Assembly: GCA_964016885.1 (NCBI GenBank)
Contig: OZ024742.1
Coordinates: 144,832,001-144,896,000, forward strand
Source of the DNA: Eledone cirrhosa
Lineage: Eukaryota
DNA length: 64,000 nt
Direction of reading: 5' to 3'
This document shows, one piece after another, positions 51,025 through 62,400 of the stretch (within the stretch, counting starts at the first letter, position 1; each line of letters opens with the position of its first letter). The translations under genes and the position numbers were made by a program. The notes beneath the pieces are model-generated. The model worked only from the letters and a program-made list of their open reading frames with translations, had not been told where the DNA came from and did not search any database.

Positions 51025-52988
51025 TTACCTTACTTCTCGTAGGGGAAGGACGGCTTTTCCATCCTTTTCACTGCTTGTGGCCTCCTCAGGAAGGATGTCC
51101 TTATAAATCCTCCTGGAGAATGCTTGTCGGAAGTCTCCGATGTCTTTGGGGAATTTTTGTTTTAGTGTCATGTACGTTTTCTGTGTGATGCGAGTGATTT
51201 GTATGTGTGGAGGTGGTGTGAATTTTGGGGTTGTTGTGTAGTCTTTTTCTGTGATGCTGGTGTTGTGTTGGATGTAGTGTAATAATTGCTTGTTGTTCAA
51301 ATTTAATGCTGTGTAGTGTGTATCGTTTTGGTTGTTTTGTTTTGTTTGCGTTTGTTGTGGGTTTGTTTCTGTTTCGCATTTTGGTGACTTTTGTGGTGTA
51401 GGTGATGGTGGTGCTGGGGATAATGATGGTGATGTTGTTGGTGTTTGGGTTGATGGGGTTGGTGATGCTGGTGTGGATGGTGGCATATCTGTCCTAACTT
51501 TTTTGTTTCTTAGTTTATTTGTTTCCCTCTGTATTTTGTTTTTGGAGGGGGAAGGAAGAGAATTTTTTCTTTTTTGGTTTCTTTTTTTTTTTCCGGATAT
51601 CGTTTCCCACTCCTCGTCGTCACAATCTGTCTCCAGTTGTGATAGGCCGGGGAGTGGAAAATCCTCCACAGCCGTTAGTTTTGGTTGTGGTGTGGTGGAT
51701 GGTGCAGGCGCTGGTGCTAGTTCTGAAGCGTTGGGTGGTGGTGGTGTTGGTTTTGCTACTGTTGCTGGGGTTGTTGCTGTTATAGTTGCTTCTGTTGTTG
51801 CTGCTACAGTTGTTGCTGCCATCTCTGCTACTGGTGGTGTTGATGGTTGTGTCACTGGGGTGGGTAGGAGAGGTGGCCTCAACCTTTTAGCCTGAGGGCA
51901 GAAAGCCCTTAGGTGGGTTCCTTCACCACAAACGACACACCTAGGTCTTCTGCCCTCGACAATTACCGTGAGGTGGCTGCCGTCGTTGAGGTCTATTACC
52001 TCTGGGATCTCCTCAATGCTTTTTTGGTCCGCTTGGATCAGGAGCTCCATCCCAGATCCGGACCAGTTTTCCTGTTTTTCTTTTGCTACTGCTATTATTT
52101 TCGTGTTGGCTTCGATGCCGGCGAGGACAGCCGCTATTAGCCAGGGAATTTCGATGGCCGGTGGAACGTGGGTCACCCTGATCTTTACGAGTCTCTGGCC
52201 ACAATAGCTTGGGACGAGTGTGAGGTCGTCACTTTTTAATGGGGCCATGGAGTGTTCTCTAGCCTCCTCTGGTGTTTCAAAGAACACATCCACGGTTCCA
52301 TACTTTTGCCCACGTCTGATGTGGGTTTTTCTTGCCCACACATGTCCCAAAGCTTTTTGGATTTGGGACTCGGATGCCCGTTCAACTCGGCGCGATTTTA
52401 CATTTATTGTTCTATACGACACGGTGCATAGGCGCCGATGCTCCATTTTATTAGGTGGGGGGGGGGGGTGAGGCTGACCCTGTACCCATCTTTCTTTACC
52501 ATTTGTTTGGCATTTTCTAAATCTTCTTGAGTTACCGTGAACGCTTCGAATTGTTTTGCTACGATGGCGAAACTGAGGGTCGGTTTTATAATGTCATTGT
52601 TGTTGTTGTTGCTATCGTTAATATTAATTTTATTTTCAGTTGTGGTGGTGGTGACGTTAGTCGTCTTTGGTGGGGAAGAGTCCATTTTACTTGATTTCAT
52701 TTCGACGTCACGAGTTAATTTATTTTTTTCTTCTTTTGTTTCTGTTGTCGCGGTGGTGGTGGTGGTGGTGGTTGTCGCGGTGGTGGTGGTGGTGGAGGGT
52801 TTAACACCTGCAGTCATTGGTAATGGCGGGAAATGAATGTCTGCCTGAGACAAATTTAAAATATTGCTACTGCTTATATTTTTTTTTGTGTTGGCAAACG
52901 TAGTAACATTTACAATGGTGGTGTCGGTGTGAGGTGTTATTTTGTGAGGAAGGCTTTCAGCTGCTTCGTGCAGAGGGGAATTAGCCAT
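51025..52988 (-). CDS. ORF1: nucleic-acid-binding protein with CX2CX4HX4C knuckle; frameshift at the G-run ~52455-52468
   Basis: ORFs 52404..52988 plus 51025..52446; CVVCGEGTHLRAFC; Pro/Thr-rich linker; the homologous stretch is continuous in copy 2. Confidence 0.8.
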
Positions 52989-53198
52989 TTTTTTTCAAAG
53001 AAATTTTTGGATAATAATAAAAGTTAAAATTTTTGGGCACAAGGCCCCAATCTTTTTGGGTGTCCTTTTCGGAAAACAATGTATGTGTGCTTATAAACAG
53101 TTTACAATAAAATTTTCCATAAATGGCAATTTTTAAACAAACGGAAATAACAAACCTTTGCGGAGCTCACGATAATACGATTTCCTACGTAGGTCGCC

Positions 53199-53231
<33 letters not shown>

Positions 53232-53232
<1 letters not shown>

Positions 53233-56200
53233 TTTTCTTTATTAACCACAAGGGTTTACATAAAGTAGACATTAAGGACAGTACAGCACAATACAGGACG
53301 GTACAAATGGGCATATCTGCGTGTAAAAAAACAGAGGATGTAATAAAATAACAAAGAAAAAATTCCCCAATAGGGGGGAGACTTCCGAGGGACATTTGTG
53401 GAGAAAGCCCATTAAAAGACCACAGTGACCCTGACCACCAGGGCAAGTGCCCTCTACCAGTTTTCCACCTTTAATTTACAGACACATACTCAGAGTAGGC
53501 CCATTCATTCGGGCCATACTTGCTTCTCTCACCCATCTTTCAACAAAATGCTGGGAAGAGAGCACTTCCCTCTCTACCCTGATTTTCCTTTTCAAATGAA
53601 ATTTGAAAAAGTTAATCAGGGCATCACCGAAGAGGTAAGTGCTCGTCTTCAGCCCTTTCAAACGTGTCCACCATACTATCTCTTTCGCCATGGCCACCAG
53701 ACAGATAAAAACTGCCTGCCCTTCCCGGCTAAAGGAAGAGGGCGGGGCAATCCTCACGATGGACTCAGCTGATAGCCGGATCCGTCCTACACGTGACAGC
53801 AGGTGTTCGACATAAACCCACAAGTCAGCAATGCTCGGACACTGGACGAGTGCGTGCAGGACGGTTTCGTCGCCCTGTGCGCATCTCGGACATGCCCGGC
53901 TGACGGCACCTCCATGCCTGTAGAGTTTATCCCGAACTGGCAAATCTCCCCGGTAGCACTGCCAGGCCAGGGATTTCTGGAAGTTGTCCATAGGCCCCGG
54001 CCCGAAAGTCCTTCCGAAGAGATTGGCTAGTTGATTTTCGTCGACGCCTAGAGTTTCTCCAAGTACGTCGTCGCTCTTACCCTCCACTAATCCCCTATAG
54101 AACGCCAAGGTGGAGTTTCCACCGATCACATTGCCCGATTGGTCGAGGGCTGTGAGCGCCTAAAGACATTCCAGTCTCCAGGCGCTCCCTCTCGGTCTTC
54201 GCTTGACCCAGGACTGCAGCTACGTCAAGGAGACGAGCTGGGGAAAAACGTGTCTAGCAAACGGCGACCACACCTGATCACCGTCGAGGAAGAGGTGGAG
54301 ATGTCGTAGCCTGAGCGCGTGTCTGCGCATCATCAGCCACGGCATGCCCAGCCCTCCACGTAGCGGGTGTTGACATCAGATGGACCGCCTGACCATCGGA
54401 GCGCGTCCCTTCCACAAGAAGCGAAAGAGCAAACGCTCCAGCGCAGTCAGGCGGGGCTTAGGACAAGGTACGACGGTCAGGCGGTAGTAGATGATGGACG
54501 CGATGTACGCGTTAGCCACCTCCGCTCGACCTTTCAGAGATAGCTTCCTCTCGGCCCATTTCTGGGTGAGAGAAGCCACCCTGCTCGTCACCTCGTCCCA
54601 GTTTTTGTCCGTCTGGAGGTCTGGACCGAACGAGACCCCCTAGCAATTTAACCGGCATGTCCGTCCAGCGCCCGACGACGCTGTTGGACGGCATGGACCT
54701 GCCTCTCCAGGTGCTGAGCTGCAGGCCCACTGACTTTTCCTGGTTGATCATTGCTCCTGTCACAGCTTCGTATTCTCTTAGTGTAGTGCCGATCGCCTCG
54801 ATGTGTTTGGTGTTCGACACCACTACGGTGACATCGTCCGCATATGCTGACACAGATCTTCCGCATCCTAGTTCGCGAGGGACCCCCCTCAACGTCTCTA
54901 GTTTGTGCAGTAATGGCTCGAGAGTCAATACGTACAATAGGGACGAGAGGGGACATCCTTGGCGGACCGAGCGCATGATCTTGAACGGTTCCGAAAGGTA
55001 ACCGTTCACTCTCACTACAGAGCAGATGTCGCTGTGCATGGCAGCGATCCAGCCTCTGAAGACGGGCCCAAAGCCAGCCGCCCTCAGGACTGCCGCTGGG
55101 TAACGATGATCTAAATTGATCAAAGACCCACCCGTGCCAGGTTCCCTAGCTACCCTCTCTACGATGTATCGCATGAGGTGGAGGTTGTCGTGGATGGATC
55201 TGTCGGGAATGGCGCATGTCTGTGCCTCTCCCACCAGACCACCAGCGACAAGCGCCAACCTCTTTGCTAGCACCTTGGCCAAAATCTTGAACTCTGTGTT
55301 TAGCAGAGTTATGGGCCTAAAATTATCTATGTTATCCCCCTTGTTCGGATCCTTTCTCAGCAGCTCCACCGCTCCTCGGCTCACAGAGCTGGGAATTCTC
55401 CCGTTCTGTTGCCAGTTGCAGTAGACGTCCGCCAAGAGGCCTCCGAACAAGTCTGGCATTTGTACGTAAAGTTCATAGGGCAGACCATCCAAACCAGGCG
55501 ATTTACCCCTTGTGCAGCCAGTCATTACCTCCCGTACTTCAGCGGTTGTTATCGGCTTTTCGCAACACTCCGCCTCAGTGGCCGAAAGCCGCGGCAGTCC
55601 GTCGAGGTAGACACTAAAGTCCATCCCTCGATCCGGCCCGCCACTGCCCCCGAACAGTTGAGCGAAGTGTCGCTGAAAAGCTTCACACATTTGCCCGGGA
55701 TCGAGTAGCATGCGCCCGTCGTGGTCCACCAAAGACCGGATCGTGGCTTTGTTGCCACGACGCGCCTCCGCCACTCGGGCCCATTGAACGGCTTTCGTCC
55801 CCTCGTGTCTGAGAGCACGCACCCTTGCTCTGACAACGCAGCCTTCGTGCTTTGCATTGAAGAATTGGTCAAGGGCCAATTTCGCCGCAAGTACGTCGGT
55901 CGCGATGCCTTTGCTAAGCGCCTCGTCTAATTTTCTAACTAATTCTCCCTCTGCTCTATTTTTCTCTATTGCTAAAGTCTTACTAAACCTAATGGACTCT
56001 ATTCTAATTGCTCTTTTCAGAGCAAACCACCACTTGTTGTTGGACGATGGCCCCCGTCAACGCCCGCTTAACTAGTTCGCTAATCCGGTCTCTGTAGGCC
56101 TTGCGCGCTGGTAAGGACGTGTTTAGCTTCCAGTAGCCGGGTCCTCGTCTATGAAGCCTATCTAATCAAGCACACAGATCACGAATTTGTGGTTCGTGTA

Positions 56201-59200
56201 GCTGACTATCTTGAATTGTGGACAGGCTATGCTAGACCTATCTATTTCCCTACAAAATACTCTATCTAGATATGATCTGGATGACCCTATGCGATTTGTC
56301 CAAGTCCACATTGGTACATTCGGGAAATCCATTCGGTACCTGTCAGACAGTTCAAAACGCCTGAGCAGGTTGGTGAGACTCTTGCACCCTCCTTCCCTAT
56401 CCACTAATCCCACACAGTCCCAGCGTGCATCTCAGATCCCGTTCCAGTCGCCCACTAACACTAAAGAGCGGGACGTTCCAAGAAAGGTCTCCAGACGCCG
56501 GAAGAAATCAGGCCGCCCTGCTCCTGTCGGGGCATAGACGGCCACTAACCTGAAAGCTTGCCCGTCTCCGCTGGTCACGTCCAGTACCACCAACTTACCT
56601 TCTGGGTCCAGGAAGATGGCCCGTATGGCAAGATCCAAACCTCTCCGAAAAAGCACAGCAACTCCTCCCCCCAATCCCGGACGGCTGGGAGATGCGTACA
56701 CATCGTAGCCGCCGAAGATCGGTGCGAAGGCCCGTGCTTCGGAGATTCTGGTCTCGCTGATGGCCACTACATCTATGTTTAGTGACCTGAGGTCGTTGAG
56801 CAGGTGGCCCTGCTTCCATGACGACCCCAAGCCACGCGCATTTATGCTGCCTATTCTGAGTGAGGTCATGTTTAAAATAGAGTGGAAAAGATGGGAAAGA
56901 CCACTTACCGTACTTTTCGTAGAGGAGGGATGGTTTTTACATCCCTTTTCACTTGATCGTCTGGTGAAGGGACCGTTGAATCGTCCCTTCGGTTAGTCGT
57001 CGGCTCTTCTATGAGTATGTCCGAATATACTCTTCGGTTGATAGTTCCTCCTAGGTCCCTGAAATCACCAACTGCGTTGGGGAATTTCGTTTTAATGTTT
57101 GTGTATTGTTTCTGTGCTATTTTTAGTTGGCGTTTTGATTGGTGCTGGTATTATGTAGTCGTGTTGTGAAATGTCTGTGTGTTCAATTATGTAAGTCATT
57201 AGTTTCTTGTTGTGTGTATTTATTGCCGTGCATTTGTTTTTCTGGGGGTGGGGTGTGGTTCTGATATTTTCTTGTCATTGTTGCTGGGTGTGTGTGTTTT
57301 GTTGTTGTGTTTGCGATGTTGGTGCTTGTGGTGGTGGTGTTGAAGGTGTTGTTGGCGGTGGGGTTGTCGCCGGTGGTGATGGTGGTGCTAGTGTGGGTGG
57401 TGATGGTGTTGGTGGTGTTGCTGCTGTGAGTCTCTTTGCAGTAGACTTTACCCTTTTCTCATTTCTTTCCTCCCTTTTCAAAGGCGACGATGCGCTGCTT
57501 CTGCGTTTGTGCCTTCTTACGACCTTTTGCCATTCCTCTCCCACCTCACACTCCATGTCTGATTCTGTGAGGTCGGGGAGGGGTACCAACTCCACTCTTT
57601 CACTTGTTGTTGTTGGTGATGTTTGCACTGGAGTCTCTGTTGCAGCTGCATTTGGTATTGCTGTTGTTGTTGTTAATATTTCCACTGCTGCTGCTGTTTT
57701 TGATTTCCGTGGCGTGGGTATGGGTGCCACGGACCTATCGTTCCTTGTTGCCGCTTGTCCTGTTGCTGGTAGCCGTGGAGCCGGTTTCGGAAGGAGGGGG
57801 CTTTTCTCCTTTCTCAGGGTCTTCTCGTTGCAGAAAGCCCTGAGGTGAGTCTTCGATCCACAGCGAAAGCATTTCGGGCGTTTGCCCTCAACACTTATGG
57901 GCAGTTGAGTGCCGTTACCGAAGTCTATCACATCCGGGATAGCTTCGATGCACTCCTGGTTGGTTTGGATTAACATCTCAATGGAGGTGCCGACCCAATC
58001 TTCTCTTACTTTTTTCTGTACTTGCAGTACAGTTGTTTTGTCCTCGATTCCGACGAGGACAGACGCGGCCAGCCAAGAAGGGGCCATCCCGGTGGGGGGG
58101 GGGGGGGGGGGTCAGTTTGACCCTCACAATTTTTTGCCCGCAGTAGGAGGGCACCAACACCATTTCCTCGCTCCTTAGGGTCACTACGGATTGAGCCTTT
58201 GCCTCCTGGGGTGTGGCAAAAAGTACGTCTACGGTGGCATATTTTTTGCCTCGGGTGATGTGCGTTTTCCGCTGCCACACAGACCCCAAGGCTTTTTGTA
58301 TTTGAGCCTCTGTAGCTCTTTCAACCCTACGGGATTTTGTACTTACTGTACGGTACGTGACCGTACAGTGCTGTTGGGTTTCGAAAAATTTTTCCGCTGC
58401 CTTGCAGATTGCTCGGTGTCCACTTTTTGTCACCATCTTCTTCGCTTCCTCTAATTCTTCATTTGTTATGAGGATTGTTTCCAGGTTCTTCGCGATACCT
58501 GCAAACGAGATTGGTTTTTCTTTGCTGCTGTTGTTGTTGTTGTCGTCAGAGCTGCTGTTACTTTTGTTGTTGCTGCAGGTACTACGACTACTGCCGCCGC
58601 CGCTGTTGCTGTGGTTGTTGTTGGTGTTGCTGCTGCTAATGCTGTTGTTGTTTATGCTGCTGCTGATGCTGTTGCGGCTGCTACTGTTGTTTTCATTGTC
58701 ACTGTTGCTGTTGTTATTACGGCTGCTACTGCTATTATTCCTGACGTCAGACGAATGAAATGGGTTTTCGTATTTCCCGCACACCTGTTTCGTCGTTGTC
58801 GTCGTCGTCGTGGAGAAATCTTGCACGCTTTGCACGAGACTCTTCTTTTCTGTCGTCGCTTGCGAAAGAGAAGGGAGGGAGAGAGACACATTTAAAGAAG
58901 GGAGGGAGAGAGACAATCTTCTCTCTGCTGTAGTGACGATTGAGGAAGAAGAAGACGGAATGAGTGGGAGTGACCTATGAAAATTCTTTTTCGTAGCTAT
59001 GTTGTTTTTTTTTGTTTAAAATAAATATTGGGTACAAAACCCCAATAAGCAGTTATTTAATCCCGAAGGGCCAAATAACGGGCAGAAAGACCCCTCTCAC
59101 GAGGAGGAGGGTGTTTTTGTCTTCAAGTTGGTAAAAGTTTTAAACAATTTACAATTGTTATAGCGTTCAAAATGTACAATACCTTACAGAGCCGAGCCTC

Positions 59201-59221
59201 CGTCAACCATAGCATTCAATC
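53232..59221 (-). mobile_element. Tx1-group element copy 2, full length, multiple frameshifts
   Basis: ORF2 pieces 53476-56869 nearly identical to copy 1; ORF1 pieces ~56904-59000 (CFRCGSKTHLRAFC; start apparently ATG>ATA). Confidence 0.93.
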
Positions 59222-59260
<39 letters not shown>

Positions 59261-59262
<2 letters not shown>

Positions 59263-59440
59263 TGTTTCTACGTTAGGCACAAGGCCAGCAATTACCCAGT
59301 ACATGACTGGTACTTTATTTTATCGACCCCGTAAGGATGAAAGGCAAAGTTAACCTCAGCGGGATTTGAACTCAGAATGGCAAGGGGCGTAATTCTATGC
59401 GTCAAAGCATGGCGTACGATCCTCTACAGATACTGCCAAT
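59261..59440 (-). mobile_element. SINE copy between Tx1 copies 2 and 3
   Basis: Reverse-complement SINE flanked by (AAT)n. Confidence 0.85.
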
Positions 59441-59455
59441 AATAATAATAATAAT

Positions 59456-62400
59456 GGTTTCTTTATTGGCCACAAAGGCTGACACGAAGAAAAACATTAG
59501 AGACGGCACAGAACAGTACAGGACGATACAAAGTGGGTTTTGGTCGTGTAAACAGGTTATAACAAAATTGGGCTAGAAATCCAAAAAATTCAAGCAAAAA
59601 AAATTACCCCAAAAAGGTGGAAACCTCCGAGGGTCACTCGTGGCTAAAACTAACAAAAAGGCCACGGCACCCTGACCACCAGGGCAAGCGCCCTCTCTCA
59701 GTTTTCCCACTCCTCGGTCTACAGGCGCATACTCAGAGTGGGCCCGTTCACTCGGACCAGACGCGCCACTTTCACCCACCTTTCAACAGACTCACTAGAA
59801 GACAGCACTTGCCTCTCCACCCTGATTTTCTTCTTCAAGTGAAACTTGAAAAAGTTAATCAGGGATTGGCCGAAGAGGGAAGTGTCCGTCTTCAACCCTT
59901 TCAACCTTGTCCACCACATAATCTCTTTCGCCATGGCCACCAGGCAGATGAAAACTGCCTGCCTTCCTCCTCTTTAAAGGAGGATGGCGGGGCTATCTGC
60001 ACAATGGACTCGTCCTACACGCGACAGCAGCTGTTCGACATAGCTCCAAAAGTCATCAATCCTTGGGCACTGAACGAATGCTTGCAGGATGGTTTGGTCG
60101 CTCTGCACACATCTCTGACAGGCTCGGCTGACAGCACCTCCGTGCCTGTAGAGCTTATCCTGAACAAGCAACGCTCCCCGGTAGCACTGCCAGGCCAAGG
60201 ATTTCTGGAAATTGTCCATAAGTCCCGGTCTGAAAGTTCTCTTGAAGAGAGCGAACAGCTCATCGTCTTCGACGCCCAGGGTCTCCCAGAGAACGTCGTC
60301 GCTCTTTCCCTCCACTAGCCCTCTATAGAACGCCGAGGTGGATGTTCCACCGATACTAGTGCCTAGCTGGTAGAGGGCGGTGAGCGCTTGGAGACATTCC
60401 AGCTTCCAAGTGCTATCCCTCGATCTTTTCCTGATCCATGACTGCAGCTCCGTCAAGGAGACGAGCTGGGGAAAAGCGCGTCTGGCACACGGTGACCACA
60501 CCTGTTCACCGTCAAGGAAGCACCAGAGATGTCGCAGCCTCAGCGCATGTTTACTCATCATCAGCCACGGCATGCCTAGTCCTTCACGCAACGGGTGTTG
60601 AGAGCAAATGGATCGTCTGACCATGGGAGCACGTCCCTTCCACAAAAGCGGAAGAGAAGGCGCTCCATTTTGGTCAGAGTTGGGCGGGGGAAAGGTACGA
60701 CGGTGAGGCGGTAGCAGATGACGGACGCTATGTACACATTCGCCACCTCCGCCCGACCTTTCAGAAACAGCCTCCTCTTGGCCCATTTCTGAGTGAACAA
60801 CGCCCCCTTGCTCGTCACCTCGCTCCAGTTTTTCTCCATCTGGAGGTCCGGACCGAACCAGACCCCGAGCAATTTAATGGTCCGTCCGTCCAACGCCCCA
60901 CGACGCAGTCAGGCGGCATGGACTTGCCTCTCCAGGTGCCGAGCTGCAAGCCCACCGACTTTTCCTGGTTTATCTTTGCTCCTGTCACCGCTTCGTATTC
61001 CTTGAGAGCGGTGCCGAGCATCTGGACGTGTATGGTGCTCGACACCACCAAGGTGACGTCGTCGGCGTAAGCCGACTCGGATTTCCCGCATCCTAGTTCG
61101 CGTGGGACGCCCCTCATCGCCCCAGTTTGTGCAGTAACGGCTCGAGGGCCAATACGTACAAGAGGGACGAGAGGGGACAACCCTGGCGGACCGAGCGCAT
61201 GATGCTGAACGGCTGCGACAGGTGACCATTCACCCTCACAACTGAGCAGATGTCGCTGTACATCGCAGCGATCCAACCCTTGAAAACGGGCCCGAAACCG
61301 GCTGCCTCGAGGACCGCCGCCAAGTACCGATGGTCAACCCTATCGAATGCTTTGTATTGATCCATGTTGATCAAGGCCCCACCCGTGCCAGGTTCCTTAA
61401 CCACCCTCTCTATGATGTATCGTATGAGGTGGAGGTTGTCATGTATGGATCTGTCCGGAATGGCGCATGTCTGCGCCTCTCCCACCAAACTCTTGACGAC
61501 AAGCGCCAACCTCGTTGCTAACACCTTGGCCAAAATCTTGAACTCTGCGTTTAGCAGAGTTATGGACCTGAAATTATCGATAACATCCCCCTTGTTCGGG
61601 TCTTTTCTCAACAGCGCCACCGCTCCCCGGCTCACAAAACTGGGAATGCTCCCGTTCTGCTGCCAGTTGCAGTAGACGTCTGCCAAGAAGTCACCGAACA
61701 AGTCTGGCATAAATGCATAAAGATCGTAGAGCAGACCATCCAAACCTGGCGATTTACCCCTCGTGCAGTTAGCGATCGCTTCCCGTATTTCACCGGCTGT
61801 TATTGGCTTTTCGCAGCACTGTGCTGCGGTCGTCGAGTGCCGAGGCAGTCCGTCGAGGTATGCACTGAAATCCATGCCCCGATCCGGCCCGCCGCTGCTC
61901 CCGAACAGTTCAGCAAAGTACATTTATACATGTACTAAGACCACGTACATTTATACTGCCTATTCTAAGTACGGCCATGCTGGGCGAGGAACGGTGTAAG
62001 TAAGAAAGGATCACTTACCTTTATCGTGTAGGGAAGGGACAGTAGAACCGTCCCTTCGGCTGGTCATGGGTGCATCCAAGATAATATCTGTATAGATTCT
62101 CTTGGAGAGTGGTCCCCTGAAATTCCCAACGCAGTTGTGGAATTTTTGTTTTAGTTTGTAATCTTCGAGTTCAATTTTCACAATGTTAATATTTTTTGGT
62201 AATGTTCTTGGTGTTGGTGGGGCGTGATGATTTACGTCTGAAATATCGGTGTGATGTTTTATATGTTCCATTAATCCTTGGTGTGCAATGTTTACGGCTG
62301 TGTACTTTTTGGGGGGAGGGGTGGTTTTGTTGTTGTTTTCTTGATGCTGTTGGGTGTTTGTGCTTTGTTGTGTTTTCGATGTTGCTGTTTGTGGTGATGG

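Larger units (their letters stand above)
47321..53198 (-). mobile_element. Tx1/L1-group non-LTR retrotransposon, copy 1, full length and nearly intact
   Basis: 5' UTR, CCHC ORF1, APE-RT ORF2, 3' UTR ending AATAAAGAAATC(ATT)n; (AAT)n on both sides. Confidence 0.95.

Noticed and set aside
58094-58111. Programmed frameshift at G/C runs in ORF1
   Set aside because: The runs occur at different positions in each copy; homopolymer slippage or sequencing error is more likely.
47898-61999. Many plus-strand ORFs over the Tx1 copies
   Set aside because: Antisense shadows of the GC-rich ORF1/ORF2.
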